DNA from: an uncultured Enterobacteriaceae bacterium
Lineage (GTDB): Bacteria > Myxococcota_A > UBA9042
Direction: 5' to 3'
NCBI GenBank assembly: GCA_964586155.1
Contig: CAZPHC010000008.1
Location: 112,110-176,109, forward strand
DNA length: 64,000 nt
The notes under the pieces are model-generated. The model had not been told where the DNA came from. It ran no database searches and worked only from the letters and a program-made list of their open reading frames with translations. Within the stretch, counting starts at the first letter, position 1. Every line of letters starts with the position of its first letter. The translations under genes and the position numbers were made by a program. Positions 25,147 to 34,507 of the stretch are shown piece after piece.

Positions 25147-27378
25147 CTACTTCTTGTCGTTGGTCGAGCAGAGGTACTTGCTCGTGCTGTAGCTGCAGGA
25201 GCCGTCGTTGAACTGGATGTTGTTGGCGTCGTAGTTGTACATCGACAGCCAGCAATTCGCGTCGTAGTCGCCGTTCGGCTCGCTGTAGGTGCTGTCGCGC
25301 AGCCACCAGCGGCCACCGTCACCGACCTTCCAATCGTTGCAGCCCGAGCCGTAGCTGGCGGGGTCGCGCATGACGCAGCCGGTGTAGTTGCCGCCGTTGC
25401 CCGACTTGGTCACGCCCGGGATCGTGGCGAAGTAGCCGCTGCCGAACTTGGCCAGCATCCACGTCCACTGCGCCTTGGAGCGCGGGTAGACGATGTTGAG
25501 GCCGTAGGTCTTGCAGGTGTCGTTGTCGGTCGAGCGCGACGTCACGATGCCGCTGTCCACCGGGAAGTAGGTGTAGCCGCCGCCCTCGGTCGTCATGTCG
25601 CATTGCACCGCGACGACGTCGCCGTTCTTGGGCGTCGCGATCCAGTAGCTGCCGTCGGTCGCCTTGCCGCCGCCGGCCGCGTACTTGGTCAGGATGTCGA
25701 GGCAGCTGGTGCCGGGCTTGTCCTTGACCGTGCCGTAGCCGGGCTGGCAGGCGTTGGTGCAGCCGTCGGTGTCGACCTTGTTGCCGTCGTCGCACTGCTC
25801 GTTGCCCACCTTCTTGCCGTCGCCGCAGACCGTCTGGCAGGTCGACGAGCAGCCGTCGCCGTCGGTGTTGTTGCCGTCGTCGCATTGCTCGTTGCTCTCG
25901 AGGATGCCGTTGCCGCAGGTGTCGGCCAGCGTCCGCCAGACCGATCCGTCGCAGTAGCGCAGCGACTTCGACGCCTTGTCGAAGTAGAGCGTGCCCATGT
26001 GGTTCTCGGTGCAGGGCAGCGGCGCGGCGGCCAGCGGCTGCAGTTGTAGCGACGAGGTCGCGGCGACCTTCTTGGTCGAGATCGTCTTGGCCTCGACCGA
26101 CCAGTCGACGATCACGCCATCGGTCTTCTTCGTCAGGTCACAGAGCGCGCCGTTGCCGGGCGCTTGCGGCAGGCAGTAGCTCGAGTCCGTCACCAGCAGC
26201 GTCCAGTCGCCCTTGGGGTTGCCGCCGATCCAGGCCGCCAGATCGCCCGACTTCGGCGCGATCTTGTCGCTCCAGCTCGCCTTGAGGCTCTTGGCGTCCT
26301 TGTCGCCACAGGGGTCGCAGAGCGTGTAGCCGACCTTCTTGTCGTTGGGCGGCAGCAGGCGCACGCGCACCGTCGACAGGTCCGTGTTCGTCACCTGCAC
26401 CGTCACCGTGATCGCCAGCGCCTCGCCCAGATCGGGGAACGAGACCAGCGACGTCGCGTCCGAGCCGGTGTTGTCGGGGATCGCGACGTTCGACTGCTGC
26501 GCTCCCTGCGCGTCGACGAACTGGTTGCTGAGCAGGCCGGCCGAGAGCCCGGCGATGCCGTCGGCCGGGGCGCCCGCCGCGACGGCCTTGCACACGAGCG
26601 AGCCGTCGCTGCCGATGCCGGTCACGGCCTCGCCCGACTTGCAGCTGCCCGACGCGGTCTTGATCCCGGTGAGCTTGCTGCCGTCGCCGACGAACGAGGT
26701 CGCGGTCACGGTCTTGGCCACGACGTCGCCGGCGAAGGTGCCGTTCTTGGCCTTGATCGAGTTGCCGCCGAGGTCGACGTCGCCGTCGAAGTTCAGCTCG
26801 GCGACCGAGACGCAGCCCGTGCAGGCGAGATCGAGCGCGGCGCCGCCCTTGGTGGTGCTGGCCGCGTAGTTGAAGCCAGCGGCCGACGCGCCGATGCAGC
26901 CGCTGCACTCCAGGCTGCTGGCCACGCCCGCGCGCATCGCGTACGGCGTCGCGGTCAGCGCCTGGCGCGGCAGCTCCGGATCGGCGCCGACCTTGACGCC
27001 CAGCCAGACCTTGCCGCTGGCGAGCGCGCTGGCCGGGATCGGCGTCGACGCGCCAGCGACCCACGAGAAGCGCCCGGCCGTGATCGTCACGTCGGCGAGC
27101 TCGGTCCAGAGCGCGTTGCCGGCCTGCGCGGCGTCCCAGAGCGTCAGCGTGAGCTTGTAGCTGCCGTCGGCCGCCGGGGTGCCTCCCGCCGCCAGCAGCA
27201 GGCCCTCGATCTGGGTCGTGCCCGGCACCGCGGCTGCAGCCGGGATCGCGAGCAGCAGCGCCAGCAGCGCCAGCAGGGGTCGCCACCAGACAGGTGTTGC
27301 GCCACGCCGCGGCTGGTCGTGGCGCTGGCGAGGCGATGCGGGGCGCGACTGGGACGGGGCGGTGCGGAGTGGGACCAT
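25147..27378 (-). CDS. secreted modular protein P1: stalk, tail-fibre-like motif, proprotein-convertase P-like domain, Myxococcus Cys-rich repeats and fibrinogen-like (CDxxxxGGG[WY]) head
   Basis: GGGGAG RBS and signal WWRPLLALLALLLAIPAAAA. Domain evidence: SFVGDGSKLTGI; AIPDNTG...VTVQVTNTDLSTVRVRLLPP...GDWTLLVTD; CGNGILESNEQCDDGNNTDGDGC x2; SCLDILTKY...DGSYWI...VQCDMTTEGGGYTY. Confidence 0.85.
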   Translation of the reverse strand: MVPLRTAPSQSRPASPRQRHDQPRRGATPVWWRPLLALLALLLAIPAAAAVPGTTQIEGLLLAAGGTPAADGSYKLTLTLWDAAQAGNALWTELADVTITAGRFSWVAGASTPIPASALASGKVWLGVKVGADPELPRQALTATPYAMRAGVASSLECSGCIGASAAGFNYAASTTKGGAALDLACTGCVSVAELNFDGDVDLGGNSIKAKNGTFAGDVVAKTVTATSFVGDGSKLTGIKTASGSCKSGEAVTGIGSDGSLVCKAVAAGAPADGIAGLSAGLLSNQFVDAQGAQQSNVAIPDNTGSDATSLVSFPDLGEALAITVTVQVTNTDLSTVRVRLLPPNDKKVGYTLCDPCGDKDAKSLKASWSDKIAPKSGDLAAWIGGNPKGDWTLLVTDSSYCLPQAPGNGALCDLTKKTDGVIVDWSVEAKTISTKKVAATSSLQLQPLAAAPLPCTENHMGTLYFDKASKSLRYCDGSVWRTLADTCGNGILESNEQCDDGNNTDGDGCSSTCQTVCGDGKKVGNEQCDDGNKVDTDGCTNACQPGYGTVKDKPGTSCLDILTKYAAGGGKATDGSYWIATPKNGDVVAVQCDMTTEGGGYTYFPVDSGIVTSRSTDNDTCKTYGLNIVYPRSKAQWTWMLAKFGSGYFATIPGVTKSGNGGNYTGCVMRDPASYGSGCNDWKVGDGGRWWLRDSTYSEPNGDYDANCWLSMYNYDANNIQFNDGSCSYSTSKYLCSTNDKK
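26656..26751. repeat. inverted repeat arm (within P1)
   Basis: The reverse complement matches 29971-30066 with 5 mismatches in 96 nt (hand alignment), including a perfect run of about 44 nt. Confidence 0.85.
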
Positions 27379-27477
27379 CTTGAACTCCCCTGTGAGGACC
27401 GCAGCAGCCTAGCAAGGCCGGGACCGATCGCCTAGACATCGCACAGATCTGCCGAGGCGTCGTGGTCTGGCGTCCGG

Positions 27478-28905
27478 TCAGGCGTGCGGCACGGGCGGCG
27501 GCTCGTCGTCGTCGAGGAAGTCGATCATCTCAGGCATGAGGTCGAAGTCCTCGCTCGGAGGTGCGGCCGTGGCGGCGGACAAGGCCGGGATCGCCGCCTG
27601 GCGAGACGGGGTTGGCCGCGTCGCTAGCGAAGGCCGCAGCGTCGCTTGGGCCTTGGGCGGGGGCCCCGGCGGCGGCGCCTTCGACCGCGGGGCCGGCGCG
27701 CTGGCGCTGGTCGTCTCGGACGCGGCGGCGTGGGCGCTGGTCACCGTCGGCGGCGGCGCCACGGGCGGCATCGGGCTGCCGTGCCCGGGCGTGATCTGGA
27801 CCGCCGGCATGTTCGCCCGCGTCCGCGACGTCGCGACCTGGGCGATGCTGCGCGGCGCGCGGCGGATGCCGACGGTGCGCGTGGCGTCGTTGGCCGCAGG
27901 GCCGACCGGGCGCGGCGGCAACGGCGCCGGCGCGACGCCTCGGCCGCGATCGCGCAGCGCGGCGCGCATCTCGGCCGCGTCGGCGAAGCGCTCCTCGGGG
28001 GTCTTGGCCAGCGCCCGCAGCACGATCGTCGCCAGCGCCTCGTCGAGATCGGCGCGGAACTCTCGCGGATCGGGCACCGGCGACAGGACGTGGTGCATCA
28101 TCGTCATCAGCGGGTTGTCTTCGTCGGGGTACGGCGTCCGGCCCGTCAGGCATTGGAACAGGATGACCCCGACCGAGTAGAGGTCCGCGCGGCCGTCGAC
28201 CGCCGCGCCTCGGGCCTGCTCCGGGCTCATGTAGGCCGGCGTGCCCAGGACCTGACCGACCCGCGTCATCTCGCTGCCTTCGCGGCGCGCGACGCCGAAA
28301 TCGATGACCTTGATGATGCGGCCGCGCTCGCCCACGCGGTGCAGGAAGACGTTGTCTGGCTTCAGATCGCGGTGGACCAGGCCGACGCCGTGGGCCTCGA
28401 TCAAGCTGCTCAGCACGCCGTTGGCGACGTGCACCGCCTCGTCGATCGGCATCGGCTGCTGGTCGCGGCGCAAGTGGCGCAGGCGATGGGTCAGCGTCGC
28501 GCCGTTGAGCCGCTCCATCAGCAGCAGCAGCTGGCCGTCGAGGGTCTGGCCGACGTCGAAGACGCGGATCGTGTTGCCGTGGACCAGGCGGCTGGTGATG
28601 TCGGCCTCGCGCACGAAGCGGCGGATGATGTCCGGGTCGGCGGCGATGTACGCCTTGGACATCACCTTGATCGCCAGCGGGACACCGGTGCGTTCGTCGA
28701 CGCCGCCGTAGACGCGGGCGAAGCCGCCGGCGCCGATCACGTCGACCACGCGGATATGGCCGTCGAGCAGGACGTTCGGCCCGATCGCCGCACCATCGCA
28801 CGCGATCGGCCGCACGGTGCCGGCGCCGTCGGCCGGACACGACCGGTCCGCGGTGCGATCACCGCAGATGGGACAGATGCGCAGCGGAATGTCGTCGCCG
28901 GGCAT
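27478..28905 (-). CDS. Ser/Thr protein kinase with N-terminal zinc-ribbon motif
   Basis: ATG at 28905 gives MPGDDIPLRICPICGDRTADRSCPADG, then GAGGFARVYGG...AIKV...HRDLKPDNVFL...DFG...GTPAYMSPE. The C-terminus is a Pro/Ala-rich tail. Confidence 0.9.
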   Translation of the reverse strand: MPGDDIPLRICPICGDRTADRSCPADGAGTVRPIACDGAAIGPNVLLDGHIRVVDVIGAGGFARVYGGVDERTGVPLAIKVMSKAYIAADPDIIRRFVREADITSRLVHGNTIRVFDVGQTLDGQLLLLMERLNGATLTHRLRHLRRDQQPMPIDEAVHVANGVLSSLIEAHGVGLVHRDLKPDNVFLHRVGERGRIIKVIDFGVARREGSEMTRVGQVLGTPAYMSPEQARGAAVDGRADLYSVGVILFQCLTGRTPYPDEDNPLMTMMHHVLSPVPDPREFRADLDEALATIVLRALAKTPEERFADAAEMRAALRDRGRGVAPAPLPPRPVGPAANDATRTVGIRRAPRSIAQVATSRTRANMPAVQITPGHGSPMPPVAPPPTVTSAHAAASETTSASAPAPRSKAPPPGPPPKAQATLRPSLATRPTPSRQAAIPALSAATAAPPSEDFDLMPEMIDFLDDDEPPPVPHA

Positions 28906-29364
28906 CGGCACGGGCAACCTCGTGTAGCGACAGCGCGGCGCTGCCACGGCTCGCACGCGGTCGCCGCTGCGACCCGCACTGGCCACGCGACAGCCCGCAT
29001 CCCTGCCTCACCCGACCCCGTCCCAGAGGCTAGCCGCCAAGGTCGGCAGCGACAAGCACGGGGTTCACAATCCCTGGCCACCGAGCTGCCGCAACTGCGG
29101 GCGAACCCAGGCCGTGTCATTCGTTTTGACGCCATACGGTTCACAAAACTGCACCATTGCGCATCGAGTGTTGCGATCCGAGGTGGCCATCGCTACGCTC
29201 CTCGGGTGGCTCGCCCCTCGTCGCGTCGACGTCTCCGGTGTCGTGCGTGGCGGTCCGGGCCCCCCGGCGGCGCGTTCGTGTGTCGTCAAACCGCGATGGC
29301 GCGCTGCGTCCCCAATCTGTCGTGAGCGGCGGTGCCGCCCCGACCTACCAAGTGAGGATTCCCG

Positions 29365-31335
29365 ATGCGTACAGCTGCACGATCGACGCTGCAAGCGCTC
29401 TTCGCCGTCGCGATGGGCGTTTGCTTCGCCCTTCCGGCGGTCGCCGCCGTCCCGACCTCGACGCTCGTCGAAGGTGTCCTGACGTCGTCGGGCGGTGCGC
29501 CTGCGGCGGACGGCGACTACCAGGTGACGTTCTCGCTCTACACCACCGCCAGTGGCGGCAACGCGACGTGGACCGAAGGCCCGGTCAAGGTCGCCATCAC
29601 CGGCGGCCGCTTCCACTACGCCATGGGCGCGACCAAGGCGATCACGCCGGCGGCGCTGGCCGGCATGACCGAGGCCTGGCTGGGCATCAAGGTCGGCGCC
29701 GATCCCGAGCTGCCGCGGCAGAAGCTGCAGGCCGTGCCCTACGCGATCAACGCGGGCTGGGCGGCCACGGCGGCCAAGCTCGAGTGCGACGGCTGCCTCG
29801 ACGCGCAGTCCTTCGCCAACGGCAGCATCGCCTCGGCCAAGATCGGCTTCAACTACGCCGGCAGCTCGACCAAGGGTGGCCCGGCGCTCGACCTCGAGTG
29901 CAGCGGCTGCGTCAAGGTCTCGGAGCTCGCCTTCGACGGTGACGTCGACCTCGCGGGCAACTCGCTCAAGGCCAAGAACGGCACCTTCGCGGGTGACGTC
30001 GTCGCCAAGACGGTGACCGCGACCTCGTTCGTCGGCGACGGCAGCAAGCTCACCGGCATCAAGACCCCGGCCGGCACCTGCAGCAAGGCCGGCGAGGTGG
30101 TCAAGGGCATCAACGCCGACGGCACGCTCGCCTGCGTCGCCGCGCTCGATCCCACGGCGCTGCCGAAGGACGGCCTGAACGAGATCAGCAACGATCTCAT
30201 CAGCAACCAGTTCATCGACACGATCAGCGCCGACGTCAAGAACGTGCCGATCCCCGACTTCACCGGCACCGAGGGCGTCAGCAACCTGACCTTCCCCGAC
30301 ATCGGCATCGCCCAGACGATCGAGGTCACGGTCCACGTGACCAACACCAACCTGAACAAGCTCTCGCTCGTGCTGCTGCCGCCGGACGACAAGAAGACCG
30401 GCTACACGCTCTGCGACCCCTGCGCCGCCGACGACACGGTCAAGATCTTCAAGGTCACGTACCCGCCGGCCAAGCAGAAGACCGGCGACGTCACCGACTG
30501 GATCGGCAAGAACCCCAAGGGCTTGTGGAACCTCAAGGCCAAGGACGTCGAGTACTGCGTGCCGCAGAAGCCGGGCAACGCGCCCTACTGCGACACCACC
30601 AAGAAGACCGACGGCCTGATCGTCGACTGGTCGATCAAGATCCAGACGCTGAGCAACCAGAAGGTCGCCTTCGCCTCGGACATCCTGGCCAACAAGGACG
30701 CGATCTTCTCGAACGGCATCACGATCAAGGCCTCGACCGGCCTTTGTGACGCCGCGCACAAGGGTCAGATCCGCTGGCTGACCGGCAAGGGCATGATGGC
30801 CTGCAACGGCAGCGCCTGGGTCAGCGCCGCCGCGACTCCGGCAGTCTACCAGGGCTACTGCACGCTCAACCGCTACTACGTCTCGAACTGGAACTGGTAC
30901 TGCCTCAACAAGACCAGCCTGAATACCGCGACCGACTACATCACTGTCAGCACCTACGCGCCACCCTCTGGCACGACCAGCAACACCTACGACGCGCAGT
31001 GGCAAGGAGCGAACAACCCGAACAAGATCGGCCGCATCGACGTCAAGATTCCAGGCTACTACCGCGTGTCCTGGCACATTCGCAGCCAGCCCTACGCCTA
31101 TTGGGACACGCAGATCTTGGTCAACGGCACGGGCGTGAGCTACTCGCAGACCTATCGCCCGGCAAGCTACCTTGACGATACGCACCGGCACAGCAAGGTC
31201 GTGAAGCTGGCCGCGGGCGATAAGATTGACTTCCGTTCGTATCCCCAGAGCGCCGACAACACCAGCAACTACGCATGGTTCTCTGGTCCAGAGAACTCCT
31301 ACGTCGAAGTCGAGTATCTCGGCTCCGACTGGTAG
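29365..31335 (+). CDS. secreted modular protein P2: same stalk and P-like domain as P1 but with a C1q/TNF-like jelly-roll head
   Basis: GAGGA RBS and signal MRTAARSTLQALFAVAMGVCFALPAVAA. The first approx. 430 aa align with P1. The C-terminus reads GRIDVKIPGYYRVSWHIRS...ILVNGTGVS...SKVVKLAAGDKIDFRSY...NSYVEVEYLG, which is C1q-like. Confidence 0.85.
   Translation: MRTAARSTLQALFAVAMGVCFALPAVAAVPTSTLVEGVLTSSGGAPAADGDYQVTFSLYTTASGGNATWTEGPVKVAITGGRFHYAMGATKAITPAALAGMTEAWLGIKVGADPELPRQKLQAVPYAINAGWAATAAKLECDGCLDAQSFANGSIASAKIGFNYAGSSTKGGPALDLECSGCVKVSELAFDGDVDLAGNSLKAKNGTFAGDVVAKTVTATSFVGDGSKLTGIKTPAGTCSKAGEVVKGINADGTLACVAALDPTALPKDGLNEISNDLISNQFIDTISADVKNVPIPDFTGTEGVSNLTFPDIGIAQTIEVTVHVTNTNLNKLSLVLLPPDDKKTGYTLCDPCAADDTVKIFKVTYPPAKQKTGDVTDWIGKNPKGLWNLKAKDVEYCVPQKPGNAPYCDTTKKTDGLIVDWSIKIQTLSNQKVAFASDILANKDAIFSNGITIKASTGLCDAAHKGQIRWLTGKGMMACNGSAWVSAAATPAVYQGYCTLNRYYVSNWNWYCLNKTSLNTATDYITVSTYAPPSGTTSNTYDAQWQGANNPNKIGRIDVKIPGYYRVSWHIRSQPYAYWDTQILVNGTGVSYSQTYRPASYLDDTHRHSKVVKLAAGDKIDFRSYPQSADNTSNYAWFSGPENSYVEVEYLGSDW
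29971..30066. repeat. inverted repeat arm (within P2)
   Basis: See 26656-26751. It encodes AKNGTFAGDVVAKTVTATSFVGDGSKLTGIKT in both genes. Confidence 0.85.
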
Positions 31336-31353
31336 CCGCGTCGGCACAACCGC

Positions 31354-31393
31354 GCAGGCGGCCGGCCCCTCGGGGTCGGCCGTCTGCCGTTTT
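31354..31393 (+). terminator. rho-independent terminator downstream of P2
   Basis: GCAGGCGGCCGGCCCC/GGGGTCGGCCGTCTGC forms a stem of about 16 bp (two G-U pairs), followed by CGTTTTGGG, 19 nt after the stop. Confidence 0.6.
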
Positions 31394-31426
31394 GGGCGTT
31401 GTCTTGGAGGATGGGCCCGGCTGGGC

Positions 31427-32506
31427 TCAGGTGCGGCCGAGCGGCAGGCCCCACCAGGCCGACGGGTCGATCGTGCCGACGCGCAGCAGGCGTTCGTCGT
31501 GCAGCGAGAGCGGCCGCGGCAGCGAACGCACCAGGCGCGACATCGCCGCGTCGATCGGCTCCAGCGCCGCGTCCACCGCGAAGCTCTCGCCGTGGCCGCG
31601 CAGCAGCACCGCCGCCGAGGCGAGATCGTCGCGCAGGTGCAGGCCCGCGATCAGCGCGTCGCGCCAATGCGCGCTCTCGAGGTCGATCTCCGCGCGCAGC
31701 ACCGCGTGGGATTCGGCGAGCGCGTGGATATGGGCCAGCGCGCCCTCGGCCACCGCGCGGCGCACGTCCGGGTCCAGGCCGCCGAACCAGGTCGAGGCCC
31801 GCTCCAGCAGCTCGTCGCGGTCACCGAGCAACAGCGCTGCCAGCGCCGCGTTGCGCTCTGCGGCGCTCGGCTCGTGCAGGCGATGCCAGATGCCGCTGGC
31901 CACCGCCGCAGCGTAGGGGCCGCGCCGCGCCGCACGGCTGCGCACCAGCACCGCCAGCCAGTCCGGATCGGTCTCGCGTAGCCAGTCCGGGGCCGGGCTC
32001 GCGATCGGCAGCAACGCCGCCGGGCGCGGCCGGATGCCGGTGCGCGGCCGGAAGCCGTAGACGAAGCTGCCCTTGCCGCGCTCGTGGACGACGACCACGC
32101 CAGAGCCGTCCGAGCCACGGACGCTGCAGGCACCGTCGGCGCCGGGCGCGATGTAGACGGTCGTCGGATCGTCGGGATCGACCGTCCAAGGCACCAGTTC
32201 CTCACCGGCGGTGGTGACGCTGAGCTCGCCCATGCCCTGCAGCTCGAGGCGATACAGCTCACCGTGCGCCGATCGCAGCGCCTCGACGCGCAGGCTGCCG
32301 AGTTCGATCGCGGGTTGCGAGCCTCGGCGGTACAGCGGCTCGAAGCCCGGCTCGAAGCGGGCGCGATCTTGGTGGTGCGTCGTGCGCAGCGCGGGGTCCG
32401 GCTCGGGGCGCGGCAGTGGCACCCCCTCGCCGAGGCGAACGCTGTCGAGGCCAAGACGCGTCATGGCGTCGGGTTGCAGGTGTGCGCGGGTGTTGAAGCT
32501 CGACAT
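31427..32506 (-). CDS. hypothetical protein downstream of the sigma-like gene
   Basis: ATG at 32506 (MSSFNTRAHLQPD...). GC3 is high throughout. There is no signal peptide and no recognised family. Confidence 0.6.
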   Translation of the reverse strand: MSSFNTRAHLQPDAMTRLGLDSVRLGEGVPLPRPEPDPALRTTHHQDRARFEPGFEPLYRRGSQPAIELGSLRVEALRSAHGELYRLELQGMGELSVTTAGEELVPWTVDPDDPTTVYIAPGADGACSVRGSDGSGVVVVHERGKGSFVYGFRPRTGIRPRPAALLPIASPAPDWLRETDPDWLAVLVRSRAARRGPYAAAVASGIWHRLHEPSAAERNAALAALLLGDRDELLERASTWFGGLDPDVRRAVAEGALAHIHALAESHAVLRAEIDLESAHWRDALIAGLHLRDDLASAAVLLRGHGESFAVDAALEPIDAAMSRLVRSLPRPLSLHDERLLRVGTIDPSAWWGLPLGRT

Positions 32507-32587
32507 GGACCCCCATTGTCTCGGCCCGAACGGGGCGACTGCACATAGCGAGGACGCGGGCATCCTGCACTCTGACGGGCTGCCGCA

Positions 32588-33538
32588 TCAGGACACCGAG
32601 AATCCTCCAGAGAGGCGCCGATCGCGCTTGAAGGCCGCTGCGCGGACATGGTTGGCCAGCACGCTGTCGCGCCGGCGCTGCAGGTAGAGGACCTCTTGGA
32701 CCGCCAACGACAGGCGCGCGACCATCGCGTCGTTGATCTGGTTCTCTTTGCGCATCAAGTCAATTTCTGCCAGCACCGCCTCGCGGGCACGCTGGAAGCG
32801 CTTGTCGATCGCGGCGCGGCGCTTCTGCAGGGCTTGCGGCGTCGCGGCGGCGTTGGGGTCCTGGGCGATCTCTGCGGCGGCGATCTCCTGCACGTCGCGG
32901 CCGGCCGAGGCCGCCGCTTGCAGCTCGACCAGCGTGATCTGCAGGCGCTCGCCGGCACCGGGCGCGGCGCGTTCCTTGGTGCGGACCGCGCGCGGCAGCA
33001 CGATCGCGTGCAGCATCGTATGCGCCTGCCGCTCGAGGTTGACCTCGCGCGCGGCCTGGTCCTGCTGCTCGGCGATGCTGCTGCCGTCGGCGCCGCGATC
33101 GGTCTGGCCCGAGGCGTCGGCCATGGCGCGGCTGACCTCGGCGGCCAGCGACGCGGCGCTGTTGTTCGAGTCGTCGTCGAGCGAGCGGGTCGGTCGCCGC
33201 TGGCGCAGGATGTCGCGGCCGGCGTTGCGCACGGCCGTCACCAGCCAGACGCGGACGCCCGAGAGATCGGTCGGATCGCCGGGCCGGCCGCGGCGCGGGC
33301 CGAGCTTGACCATGCGGTAGAGCACGGTGCTGACGACGGTGTCGCGATCGTCGTCGCTGAAGCTGCGGCGCGGCAGCTGCTGGCGGCTCATCACGACGAG
33401 CTCGCCGTGCAGCACACGCGCGGCGTCGCGGGCGGCGCGCGCTTCCGCTGCGGACAGGTGCGGTGCCAGCGGCTGCAGGCTGACGAATGCCTCGACCAGG
33501 TCCATCGCAGCTCCGGCGTCACGGGGGGAGGACGCCAT
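32588..33538 (-). CDS. divergent sigma-70/ECF-like protein (start ATG 33538 or 33505)
   Basis: The region-2-like segment is DDRDTVVSTVLYRMVKL...VRVWLVTAVRNAGRDILRQRR. The region-4-like segment is DVQEIAAAEIA...LQKRRAAIDKRFQRAREAV. The protein is longer than a canonical ECF sigma. Confidence 0.55.
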   Translation of the reverse strand: MASSPRDAGAAMDLVEAFVSLQPLAPHLSAAEARAARDAARVLHGELVVMSRQQLPRRSFSDDDRDTVVSTVLYRMVKLGPRRGRPGDPTDLSGVRVWLVTAVRNAGRDILRQRRPTRSLDDDSNNSAASLAAEVSRAMADASGQTDRGADGSSIAEQQDQAAREVNLERQAHTMLHAIVLPRAVRTKERAAPGAGERLQITLVELQAAASAGRDVQEIAAAEIAQDPNAAATPQALQKRRAAIDKRFQRAREAVLAEIDLMRKENQINDAMVARLSLAVQEVLYLQRRRDSVLANHVRAAAFKRDRRLSGGFSVS

Positions 33539-33721
33539 CGCGCTAGCGTAGCCGGGCGCCTTGCGCTTCGCCAGTGAAGATCGAAGTCGCTCGCGATCGT
33601 GCGGATTTGCCGAGCAGGGGTCAACTGCACAGTGGACAGAACCGCCCTGGCGGATAGACTGCCGGCCGCCGCATCCTCGCGCCGTCCGCACCACGGCGCA
33701 CCGCAGAAGGTGAAGGTCCCG

Positions 33722-34492
33722 ATGGCAATGGAAGTCTCACCACCCGCCGAAGACAAAGGCGCCGCCCTGGGCGTGGGGGCGTACGCCCACGCGCTGCCGC
33801 CTTCGTCGCGTGGATCCCAGATCCATCGCTTCCTGGAGGGCTCCTCGATCGTCGTGCTGCTGCTGAGCATCGCCCTGGGCGTCTGGCGCGTCGGCGCGGT
33901 CGCGAGCTGGTCGAACATCGCGTGGATCCTGGCGTCGATCGGCCTGGGCTATGTGCTCGCCGACCTCGGCTCCGGCGTGGTCCATTGGCTCGGCGATCGC
34001 TACGGCTCGCCGGACATGCCGGTGCTGGGCAAGGCCTTCGTCCAGCCCTTCCGCCGCCACCACGTCGCACCCAAGGAGATGACGGAGCACGACTTCATCG
34101 AGACCAACGGCAACAACAGCATCGTCACGCTGCCGGTGGTCGGGGCCGCGTTCTGGCTCTTCTCGCTCGAGTCGACCGTCGGCTTGCTCGCGTTCTGCAG
34201 CGTCGTCTCGCTCGCGGCCTGGATCTTCGCCACCAACCAGATCCACAGCTGGAGCCACCAGCAGGACGTCGGGCCGGTGATCACGTGGCTGCAGCAGCGG
34301 CACATCATCCTCGAGCCCCGCCACCACGACGTGCACCACACCGCGCCGTTCGAGACGTACTACTGCATCACCTCGGGCATCCTGAACCCGATGCTGCACA
34401 AGATCCGTTTCTGGTCGCGCATGGAGTGGTTCGTCGAGAAGGCGTTCGGCCTGCCGCCCTACAAGGACACGCTGCCGTCGCGCAAGGCGTAG
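33722..34492 (+). CDS. carF: CarF/TMEM189 (Kua) family plasmanylethanolamine desaturase-like membrane protein
   Basis: ATG at 33722. The histidine motifs HWLGDRYG, FRRHH, HSWSH and HHDVHH are set in a 4-TM frame, as in Myxococcus CarF and human TMEM189. Confidence 0.8.
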   Translation: MAMEVSPPAEDKGAALGVGAYAHALPPSSRGSQIHRFLEGSSIVVLLLSIALGVWRVGAVASWSNIAWILASIGLGYVLADLGSGVVHWLGDRYGSPDMPVLGKAFVQPFRRHHVAPKEMTEHDFIETNGNNSIVTLPVVGAAFWLFSLESTVGLLAFCSVVSLAAWIFATNQIHSWSHQQDVGPVITWLQQRHIILEPRHHDVHHTAPFETYYCITSGILNPMLHKIRFWSRMEWFVEKAFGLPPYKDTLPSRKA

Positions 34493-34507
34493 CGCCGCCC
34501 TCTTCGC

